Below are positions 40,249-50,597 of a stretch of 64,000 nt of DNA, piece after piece (position 1 is the stretch's first letter; each line of letters starts with the position of its first letter). The position numbers and the translations under genes are program-made. The stretch covers positions 77,500,001 through 77,564,000 of the forward strand of contig OX597819.1 of the NCBI GenBank assembly GCA_951406725.2, written 5' to 3'. A model generated the notes under the pieces. The model was given only the letters and a program-made list of their open reading frames with translations. It was not told the DNA's origin and did no database searches. The stretch comes from Octopus vulgaris. Its lineage: Eukaryota.

Positions 40249-41199
40249 CTAGAAATAATAGTAAAACCTCCCTCAAAATTGTAAAGAAAAAAAAAAGACA
40301 TTGGATAATTCAACCCAAGATGCACATTGACTTAAAAAGAAAAAGGCGATTGAAACTTGAAAGATTTTGATTACAGTTCAGCTTGAGCAGGGTTGACCTG
40401 GAGCTAAACAAGGTTCAGCCAGATAAAACCGTTATTTATCTGTGCACAGCTTTCGATAATTGAAAAAAAAAATCACTGGCTAGATAACTATTAGAAAATT
40501 ATTTCAACAAAAACACGTTTATGTTGTATAAAGGTTACATTTTTAAAAAAATTATGAGAATTTTGCGCATAAATTCATGGAGACATACAAGGATAAACCA
40601 GAAATTTATATCAGTGACTGACCTAATAAATGATGAACAGTGTTAAAGGTTTTTATTCCTTAGAAGAAGGAAGGAGAAATAATATAATGCAAAGATAACA
40701 AAGAAGTTAAAATTTACCAAAATTTAATAATAGAAAAAGAGTTGATTTGATTACCTCGTAATTAAAATGAAAAAAACAGCTAGGATAAACAAAATAAAAA
40801 TGCCCGATTGGAAACGAAAATAATTTTTCCAGGTTACAATATACCAGGTTACAAAGCCACCAGAACCCCGAATAAGTATGTGTGTATGTTTGAGTACATG
40901 CTTGAGTTACTCCGAAAATATTACAAGTAAACATGTGATAGACAAGATAAAATTGTGGACGGAAGACATCGCGGAGGGGAAGAAAAAAAAAAGCTTTTGA
41001 TTTAATAGCAAGTAAGACAGGGGGTTAAAATTAAATTCACAAATACAAAAAGATGTGTACATGAACTATAAAAGAAGCACGCTGAAGTACTCCTAATAGC
41101 TTTACAATTATATAAAAATAAATTAGTTGTAAGAGGATATTTTTTACCGTTTTCTAATAATTTTAAATCATGTCTTCTGTAGCAGCTTGTTACTGAACA

Positions 41200-41500
41200 A
41201 GAGGCGCCATCTACAACATTTAGGGACGGCTTCTTTAACTGAACTGACTGCTGCTGATTATTATTATTTACAAGCAACTATCATTAAAAAGAAAAAACAT
41301 CTTATAAGAATTTCTGTATTAATTTTAATATAAATAATGTAAAAAAAAATACTGCTCTGCTGAAAATAGTAAAAAAAAAAATATTAATTCAAATTATAAA
41401 AATTTAATCGATTATCAGGAAAGGCAAAAAAACTAACCGGTCCCGACGACGTGTTGCACGGTTATCTTACGGAAAAGCACGAATAACTTTTGCTAGAGCT
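41200..41500 (-). promoter_or_regulatory. Probable promoter / first exon region of the hnRNP U-like gene
   Basis: Local CpG enrichment, donor-like CCG|gttagt at 41438, YY1-like AGATGGCGCC at 41203-41212. Confidence 0.4.
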
Positions 41501-42192
41501 GAATGGTTGTTTGATATTGTTTAATCTGGAAGCTTTTTCAGTTTATTTTTTAAATATATTTGCTTTTCAATTAATTAAACTATTTCAATATTATCGTTAC
41601 CAAATATATTAACTCACAACTGACAATGAAATATATGCTACGTAATGAAATATAATCAAGAATCGGGTTTAAAAAAAAGACAAACTTTTTGTGTACTAAA
41701 GAGGTGTGGCTTATCAAAAAGGAAATAAAATGGGTCTATTCTATAAATAAATGTGCTGAATAAACAGTGGAACTTTGTTAATCCGTATTAAACGGGAGAG
41801 GGTTTGTTTGAGCCGATTGTCCGTGTTAACCGATGGTGAGGAGAGTTAATATTGTGATATATGCATTGATGAACACGGTACACAATAGCAAAATTATAGA
41901 AAATACTGTAAACATGATATAACAATTATAAATAGACAATAATATAACAAATATAAATAGACAATTCTTCATAGTAGTTCTTCGTGGGATTAGGCCACCT
42001 AAAATAAAGAACTATGCACTGCATGGTCTCATTCTCAATGTTTTACCAAAGACACTGAGTCCAGTAAAATATATTCTGCACATTGTGAGGTTCTTAGTTA
42101 AGCATAAAACATGAATCTTTTTATCTTGTATTTTACTTGTTTTAGTCATTGGACTACAGCCGTACAAGTGTACCGTCTTGAAGAGTTTAGTC

Positions 42193-42340
42193 CAGTCATG
42201 AGCAATATGCAACCCTCAGGATTTTCTGAATGGCACACCTAACGATAAATTACCTTAGCTTTTTTTTCAGGGGTGCGACTCGATGGTTAATGGGTCATGT
42301 TCCATGCAGACTGCTTCTCGAAGGAGGTTGCCCATGCCTG
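42193..42340. mobile_element. hAT-type MITE inserted in a SINE
   Basis: Termini CAGTCATGAGCAA / TTGCCCATGCCTG; imperfect 8-bp flanks GTTTAGTC / ATTTATTC. Confidence 0.55.
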
Positions 42341-43413
42341 ATTTATTCTCACAAATAGACCCCAATGCTTAATTTTTTAAAGTTCGGTATTTATTTTATA
42401 GGTCTTATTTGCCAAGCAGCTAATTTGCAGGGACGTAAACAAACTAACACCAGCAGTCAAGCAATGAAGCAATAGAAAGAAGACAAACACACACACATAT
42501 TCGACAGGCTTCTACAGTTTCCGTCTACCAAATTCATACACAACGCTTTGATCGGCTAGGGGCTACTGTAGAAGACATTTGCCCAAGGTGTTGTACGATT
42601 GAACTAAACCCGAAACTACATCATTGCAAAGCGAGCTTCTTAATCATACAGCCATGCCTGCAGCTTTATACTTCATAAAATATCTAATATTACAGTATGC
42701 TAAAATTTTATATATTAATACAATATTTTAGTTAATTTGATTTTCCTGCTACGCGGTAGATTAGTTTTGTTGTGGTGGAAATTGGGAGTAGAGGTCCTAA
42801 CTTGTCATGAGTTTATAGAGTTAGGATGTTCAACCGGCCCTTGCTTCCACTCGAAGAAGAGAGTGAGAAGGGACTGGGTTAGCGATATGTAAGTTATCAA
42901 TATCATCAACAGACATAGGACGAATTAGCTTGAAGATTAAGTTGAGTTTCAGTTTGGAGTAGAAGGTTTGGTAACCCCAAAACACTGAGAATTTGCATCC
43001 AGGTTGCTGCATTTGATGCAAAAACAACTAAATAACACGAACGCGATTCACTCAATTAAGGAACCGACTACTAAGATATCTGGTAAAACAGGATCTCATT
43101 AGACAATTTCATCTTTGGTACGCTTTTTCTGATAAGGACATCAGCTATATATTAAGCGCATTTTAGGCACTAGCCGGCAGCGTCCATAAGACATTAGTAG
43201 CATACGCTTGAACCGGCCAGCTGCGAATCAAGACCAATGGATGGTGAGGCGATAACCACTAAACCACTGAGTTGCTAGAATCACACGATGACGGTACAAT
43301 CATATAGGAGCCAAAATTCTGTTAGACTTTCAACGGCCAGAGAAAGTTCAAAAGGTCAGTTCGTTCTCATTAAGTAAATGGTGAAAGAAGAAAACAAAAT
43401 GCTGATTTTTCTA

Positions 43414-43655
43414 CGACTAAAAATTCTTCAAGGTGTGCCCCAGCATGGCCGATGTGTAATGACTGCAACAAGTAAAAACAAAATAAATTCTGGCGTTGAT
43501 ACATTCGACTAAAAATTCTTCAAGGTGGTGCTCCAGCATGGCCGAAGTGTGATAACTGCTGCAACAAGTAAAAATAATATTTTTAAAAACTGGTGTCGAT
43601 ACGTTCAACTAAAAATTCTTCAAGGCAGTGTCCCAGTATGGCTAAAGTAAAAGGT
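43414..43655 (+). repeat. Three tandem ~95-bp copies of a SINE 3' segment
   Basis: ACTAAAAATTCTTCAAGG...CCAGCATGGCC unit repeated three times. Confidence 0.8.
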
Positions 43656-43710
43656 GAAAAAACACCCGAAAAATATAACCGTGGGGCTTTTGTCCTACAC
43701 TCATATATCA

Positions 43711-44005
43711 CGTGACCGACCAGGCTATCAGATGTTGCTACACATCGCTGGTCACAATGCGCTTCGCATTGTTTTAGCCTTCAAATGACGCCACCCCGCT
43801 GGCTAAGCGAGCAGGCCAACAGAAGAAAGACTGAAAATTGTGGCGAAAGAGTACAGCAGGGATCGCCACCACCCCCTGCTAGAGCCTCGCGGAACTTTAG
43901 ATGTTTTCGCTCAATAAACACTCACAATACCCAGTCTGGAAATCGAAACCGCGATCCTACGCCCGCGACTCCGCTGCTCTAACCACTGGGCCATTGCGCC
44001 TCCAC
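43711..44005 (-). mobile_element. Full-length tRNA-derived SINE with 14-bp TSD
   Basis: A box TGGCCCAGTGG, B box GGTTTCGATTTCC; ACACTCATATATCA at 43697-43710 and 44006-44019. Confidence 0.9.
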
Positions 44006-44019
44006 ACACTCATATATCA

Positions 44020-44243
44020 AAAATGAGGAAGGCTGGTTAATGGGATTACCTTAGGTTTCTCGTCCATAAAGGGTTAGTTTTATGGCATATCGTCAGATCC
44101 CCAAACTAGTTGACCCGGAGGAAAGTTTTTGAAGAGGTCATGGGCCAAAAGGCTTTGGGATCTGACGATACGCCATAAAGCTAAACCCTTTATGGACAGG
44201 AAACCTAAGGTAATCCCAGAGACCAGCCTTCCCCACTTTAATA
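44020..44243. mobile_element. Hairpin MITE with ~80-bp inverted arms
   Basis: GGGATTACCTTAGGTTTC...TATCGTCAGATCCC is mirrored by GGGATCTGACGATA...GAAACCTAAGGTAATCCC. Confidence 0.8.
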
Positions 44244-44347
44244 CTTTAATGTACACTGCTCTACATCTTAGAGCGTGCTTTTTCTTTCGGATTTATGTTT
44301 TCTACAAACGATATATATATATAGAGAGAGAGAGAGAGGGGGGGAGA

Positions 44348-45369
44348 ATTTCTTTATTCACCATAAGGTTGAGAAAAAGAGGGGACAGACAAAACAAACG
44401 TTGGGCTCAGGGTATCGTATGAGACGAAACATATGAATAAACAAACAATTAAAATCTATACAATTAAATGAGAATGAGTGATTAACAAAAAATGAAGCGG
44501 AGGACGCGGTTGACCCCACAAACCACATACTCACACTGAAGACTTTGCTTTCTCCTTTTTTACATTCTCGTTTAAACATTCTTTCACTCGCAACATACTT
44601 CCATCTTTTATGAAACACACTTTGCGACAGGCATTTTTTCTCCAGCCTTATGTTCTGTTTCATGTGGAAAACGAAAAAGTTGATTAGCTCGAGACTGGAG
44701 ATAAACATGCCTGTTGCAATTCCTTTCACTCTCGTCTTCCATACTACTTCTTTCACCACAGCAACTACCGAGAGAAAACAGGCTTGCTCCTCCCTATTCA
44801 GGGAGGTCGGCGGAACGATCTTAATTACAGATTCACTCGACAGTTGTACTCTTCTCGAATGCGACAGCAAGTGTTCGACATAAGCCCAGAGTTCAGTCAC
44901 CTTGGGGCATTGCACAATCGCGTGCAGGACAGTTTCACTGTCCCTCTCGCATCTTGCACAAACCGGCGAAGGTGCACACCCATGTCTAAAGAGCTTATCT
45001 CGAACCGGTAAAGCTCCTCTGTAACATTGCCAGGCCAGGGACTTTTAGTAATTATCCATAGGCCCCGGACCGAATGTTCTTTGGAACAGGCTGGCCAGTT
45101 GATCTTCGTCGAAGCCTAGGGTTCATCCCAGGACATCGTCACACTTAAACTCTACTAACCCTCTATAGACGAACGAGGTAGTACCCCCGCCACCGGCGTT
45201 GTCCGACTGGGAGAGAAGCACGAGTGCCTGATGACACTCTACATGCCACACGCCCAACCTCGGTCTACACTTAATCCATGGGTTCAGTTTGGTAAACGAT
45301 GTGAACTGTGGAAATAACAGCTTGACGAACGGAGACCACACCTGCTTACCGTCCAGGTAAAGCCAGAGG
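44348..45369 (-). mobile_element. 5'-truncated Tx1/L1-clade LINE (same family as 57860-61057)
   Basis: Reverse complement of ~60028-61057 with high similarity; both flanks are TC-rich on the element strand. Confidence 0.93.
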
Positions 45370-45993
45370 AAAGAGGTGAGAGAGACAGGTAGACAGACAG
45401 ACGGGGAAGCACAGGTAGGGAGGAAGATCTGCATATAATGCATATATTTTTATTTTGGTTTTAGGAAAAAAATTATGAAGAAATATATATATCTGTCTCA
45501 ACAAGAGTTATATATTACAAGATGTAACAGTCTATATTACATGGTATAACCGTATTACAAGATATAACAGTCAAGATAATCATTTTAAAATAATTAATTT
45601 CCGGTTATTGTTTCATTTCATCTAATCGATAGCCAAGTCATTTTCGTACATTCCCATTATTTTAATTGATATCTTGTCTTTCTTTAATTGACGTCGTTTT
45701 AGTAAAAGATTACTCTATTGCTCTTTCTCTCTCTCTCTCTCTTCTTTTTTACTTTGTTTATATGTATGTGAGTTCGTTATAATATAATTCTTTCTGACAT
45801 TTTGATAATAATAAAATTTGTTTCTTATGTAGATGGTTTCATGATAATGTAATGTATATATTTTATATATATATATAACAAGTACTTTGTAGAGAGCTGC
45901 ATGACAGCGTATTAAGCGGCCTTAACTCGCTTTCGTAAGCGGCCAGCTATAGTGAGTGTGTTTTGGTTGAGTTTTTCCCGACCAAGGACAAAC

Positions 45994-46122
45994 ATGCCGT
46001 TTCGAGAAGAAGACTGGCTTCCCAGTCACGAAGAGCTAGATGTACCAGAATTGCAGCTCACTTCATCCGTACTACGAGCTGGTTCATTGTATTATGGTAA
46101 ATACTGTGACTACCAGTGCAAA
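45994..46122 (+). CDS. NDUFA8: NADH dehydrogenase [ubiquinone] 1 alpha subcomplex subunit 8, exon 1
   Basis: MPFREEDWLPSHEELDVPELQLTSSVLRAGSLYYGKYCDYQCK; donor AAA|gtaagt, phase 0. Confidence 0.95.
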
Positions 46123-47506
46123 GTAAGTACTTATACCTTTACTGTGTGCAAGGTTATGCAAAGGGTGACTTAAATATTTTTAGTCGGTTCACCTTGTTCG
46201 TTTTTCATGTATTTAGCTCAGTGCATACTGAGATCTCCTTTTATCCATCATCCATTCAGAATAAAGTATATTATAGTTCTGAGTCCTTGCATTATTACGT
46301 TTTCAGATTGAAGGGGAAATATCCATAACAAGTATCGCCCTAATGATAGTATTATGCTTGTATTTTAACTCTATTGTTGTTTTGCTCAGCCCCAGGCCAG
46401 TCCTGAACGAGTAGATGAGCGACTATATAGCGGCCCCATCAGTTGCTCCTGTATCTTCGAGTATTTTTCTGGTTAAAATTGTAATAGAAATCACATAATT
46501 GCAATATATAGAAATCACATAATTGCAATATATCATTGTCCTTTTCATCTCAACGCACTCATCATTATTTGTTCCCTTTTTTTCACGCCGGTATGGGTTT
46601 GTACGAGTCTTCTGAAATAGTGGTTTACGGAAGGATACCTTTTTTGTTGCCAACCATGTCAGTTGCTTCTTTACGACAGACAATATCAGAATGAGAAATA
46701 CAACGCTATAACTGTGTGTCGGTTGTTTCGATTAAAAACGTGGATTCAGGTCCTAAGAACAGACACACCTACTACGGTGTGGTGGTTTGTTTGTGTGTCA
46801 ACAAGGGAATTATGCCAGGGAGTGCAGGCTGCTGATAGGGCCTCAAACGCTAGACAAGTTAAAGGATAGAGAGTAGGCTAATGTGGATCACTTCTCAAAG
46901 GTAAAAATTTGCTTGTTTAGGCCCAACGCTCTTCCCTAAAAAAAAGCACAAAGTTACAAAAGTATCATTGATAATTCAAAACCAACAGGGACTGGGAGAG
47001 AACGGCCTGGAATTGAGAACAGCAGAAAAAAGTTGTCACTGGTCTACATACATTCATGCATACAGATATATGTGCAGGCAATAGAAGATGTAAAACTGAC
47101 TAACAGTTCTGTGGATTAAAGTATATTTTAAGTAAGGAGATAAAATAGAGGAGAGTTAAATTGGTAAATACATGATCAACAATTTGTTTACATTAGCAAA
47201 GAGTGGGAATTTCGTTGCAGTCACTTAAACTGCTATAAAATAGCAACCAAATCTCTCTCAAATAATCCCTTACTATCTTAGAACACACTGGATAATATAG
47301 CCCTAAGTACTATGGCTGTTAAGAAAATAAAAAGACAGAGTGTTCATTATCGAAGTATCTTTGATTTGTTGGTGTATTAGATCAGGCCTCTTGGATCTAT
47401 TTAGTCTGAGCAACTCTAAATTAGGAGTATCTTTTGGCAATCATTCTCTTGTTTGTGATTCTTGCTATAAATAGTCAACCATATCTATTTGCCTTTTTTT
47501 TTCCAG

Positions 47507-47682
47507 GAATTCATGCTGTGTAGAGATGAGACAAATGACCCTAGGCGTTGTTTAAATGAAGGCAAAGAAGTTACACGTTGTGGTTTTGAGTTCTTTAGTA
47601 AAGTGAAAACTCATTGCCCTGATCAGTTTTATGATTACTGGCAGTGTGTTGATCATTCAGGAAATGACATGAACTTTCAGAA
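47507..47682 (+). CDS. NDUFA8: NDUFA8 exon 2
   Basis: EFMLCRDETNDPRRCLNEGKEVTRC...CPDQFYDYWQCVD (CX9C motifs); GT-AG, phases 0/2. Confidence 0.96.
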
Positions 47683-48324
47683 GTATGTATTTCGTTTTTT
47701 TACCCACTACCTCCTGTTTTTCTGTTTTATTTTTCTGCACCACCTGTTCTGGTACAGAATGAATATAATTAAAACTAGTAAAAAATTCTTGAATCTTGAA
47801 GTGTTCCAACCACATATTATATGAAGTGATTTTAAATTGGTATCATCTAATTTTTACAACTGGTTGAACAAAGCTTGATTATGCATCTGGAAGCATCTTT
47901 CTAGTACTAACCTGTCATATTTGAAGTAAGAAAGAAACTTGTTTTATCAGCCCCACAGATTGAGTTATGTGCCTTATTCAGAGAACAGTGCAATATCTGT
48001 AGTATCATTTCAGCCCCTGTTCAGTAGTTCTGTATATTAAACTTGCAGCCATTACTATTTAATGGAAGATTAAGGCTGGCAGAATCATTAGCTTGCCTGG
48101 CAAAATGCTTTGTGACATTTTGTCTGTCTTTACATTCTGAATTCAAATTCTGCTGAGGTCAACTTTGCTTTTCATCCTTTTGGGGTCGATGAAATAAGTA
48201 CCAGTTGAGCACTGGGGTCTATGTAATTGAGTATTCCACTCCCCCAATATTTCAGGCCTTGTGCCTTTAGCAGACAGGATTATTTAACACTTTAGTATTT
48301 AAACTGGCCATATCCAGCCGAAAC

Positions 48325-48450
48325 ACAGTGATCCCTCATTTATCATGGTAGATTGGTTCCAAGACCGGCCGCAATAACTGAATTTCCGCAAAGTAGGGAC
48401 ACCATATTTACAGTATTTATTTAACATGTATTTGGACTTTTAAAACCCTC
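48325..48450. mobile_element. Tigger/pogo-like terminal fragment
   Basis: CAGTGATCCCTCATTTATCATGG...TTCCAAGACC resembles Tigger-type ends; no partner end seen. Confidence 0.4.
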
Positions 48451-48624
48451 GTAACAGGTGTTTTGGGTCCTTTATTGCAAGTAGCTGTTATAGAAATAGC
48501 AGCCAAGTCTTTAGTGCTGAGATATGTTAAATGCACTCAGAAAAATTTTTGTAATAGTATTCCCTTAGGGGCAATCTTTTGCTTTGACTCTCAGAACTGT
48601 CATCTGGATCAGTTGGTTTTGTTT

Positions 48625-49012
48625 GTTAATTTCCGTAAAAAGTTTTTAACTATTTACTTTTGTTTTAAAGTGGAAGAGAGGAGATAGTGAAAGATGTAAG
48701 AATGTGTATATGAAATGGACGTGTGAGAAAGAGAGAGTCACTTACACATACATGAGAATACACATGTTCACTCTCTCTCTCACACATACACACATACACA
48801 TCAAAAAGATGTATGCATATGTATTGATATATGTACATATACATAACACACTCCTTCACTGACTCTCTCTTTTCTTATCACTCATTCTCTTTCTTTTTCC
48901 TATCACTCTCTCTCTCTCTTTCGCACACACACGTCCATTTCATATACATGTACAAACATCTTCACTTTAAAACAAAAGTAAATAAATAAAAAAAATTTTT
49001 ATGGAAATTAAC
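48625..49012. repeat. Foldback inverted repeat in NDUFA8 intron 2
   Basis: Arms ~48625-48740 and ~48905-49012, e.g. TGTATATGAAATGGACGTGTG / CACACGTCCATTTCATATACA. Confidence 0.75.
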
Positions 49013-49513
49013 GACTTGAAAATAATTTAAAAAAAACATTAAAATATTGGTTGTTTAAAGAAAGCTAAAATAGAAAGAGTTACTGTTCAAATAACTTACA
49101 TTTTTGAAATCACATTCAGTTAATATTTCTAAATGATTAAAATATTCTGTACATCAAAAGTCAACATTTTCTTTTTCTTAGAGAGCACGAAGACTATGTA
49201 TGTGTATATGTCACAGATAGAAGACGTGTGTTTGTGTTCATTGACACACCATGACATTCATTATATGTGTGTTGACATCATGAAGGCCATGTTTTTTTTC
49301 CATCAAGAAATAACAAACAAAAATTGTGATTACTCATTTTCATTAATGAATAGGGGTCCAAATGTCACAAAAATTTGTACTGCTCTGCTGAAGGTAAGTA
49401 TGAAAATAAATGTGCGAAAAAAATTAAGATGAAATATACTATTTCTGAGATATTTCAGGTACAAACAAACATCTCTAGAGTTTCAGTATTATTAAAATAC
49501 ACACGCACACACT

Positions 49514-49563
<50 letters not shown>

Positions 49564-49632
49564 TAAATTAGAGACAAAACCACTATTATTGTAAATTTGG
49601 ATTTATTCCCTAATATTTATTATATATCTATA

Positions 49633-49671
<39 letters not shown>

Positions 49672-49795
49672 GAATTTTAGATAGATAGAACAACATAGTA
49701 AACTTAGTTGGCATATACTATTTTCCAGTTTTAAAATTGTCATGAAATGAGATATTCTTGTTTAATTTACCAAAATGTTCTTTGATCTTCTCCAG

Positions 49796-50000
49796 CTGTC
49801 GCAAGACACAGAACGTGTTTGATGAATGCGTCAAAGAGAAACTAGGAATTGAACGCCCTTATGTTGGTTACTTCTCTAAAATTCGCCTGCATGACACACA
49901 GCGTCCGAGGTTTCAACTGCCACCACACAAGTTACCAGAGAAAATTCCTGAACCTCCAAACACTGACACTGCACCTCTACCTAACAGAATTTTAGATTAA
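49796..50000 (+). CDS. NDUFA8: NDUFA8 exon 3 (terminal)
   Basis: CRKTQNVFDECVKEKLGIERPYVGYFSKIRLHDTQRP; acceptor tctccag, phase 2; TAA ends at 50000; total 169 aa. Confidence 0.95.
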
Positions 50001-50126
50001 CCCTGGCCAATCACTAGATATTTAAACTTATTACTTTGGAAATCAGAATATACCAAGGTTGTACTTTTAGAAGCAGATTTTTTAGTCTGTCCGTCAGGCT
50101 TTAAAACCTTGTAATTCTTCTGCTAC

Positions 50127-50132
50127 AATAAA
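50127..50132 (+). terminator. Probable NDUFA8 polyadenylation signal
   Basis: AATAAA ~127 nt after the stop, followed by T/GT-rich sequence. Confidence 0.7.
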
Positions 50133-50566
50133 CAAACATTTCCATATTTTATTTTCTTTGTTATATTGTTATGTTTTGTCATTATTTTTTTATGCTTTTC
50201 ATTATTTAATATCTTTTATCTTTTACTTGTTTCAATCATTGCAGCCATGCATTTTTAGTTGAATGAATCAATCCCAGTACTTATTTTTTTCTAAGCTTGA
50301 TACTTATTCTATCAGCCTATTTTGCTGAACTGCTAAGTTACAGGGACATAAACACATCAACAGCAGTTGTCAAGCAGTGATGGGGGGACAGGGACAAATA
50401 CTGTCACAACGGGCTTCTTTCAATTTCTGTCTACCAAATTCACTTATAAGGCTTTGGTCAGCCTGAGGCTATAGTATAAGTCACTTGCCCTAGGTACCAC
50501 TCAGTAGGACTGAACCCAGAACCATGTGGTTGGTAAGAAAGCTACTTACCACGCAGCCATTCTAAG

Positions 50567-50597
<31 letters not shown>

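Noticed and set aside
43930-44005. tRNA gene
   Set aside because: A/B boxes belong to a SINE head bounded by TSDs; no complete cloverleaf evident.
45510-45575. Three short TATTACAAGAT.TAAC repeats upstream of NDUFA8 (and a 26-bp doublet at ~46485-46533)
   Set aside because: Real but small slippage repeats with no evidence of function.
45952-45993. N-terminal extension of NDUFA8 from the GTG start in the ORF track
   Set aside because: Homology begins at ATG 45994; the upstream part is most simply 5' UTR.
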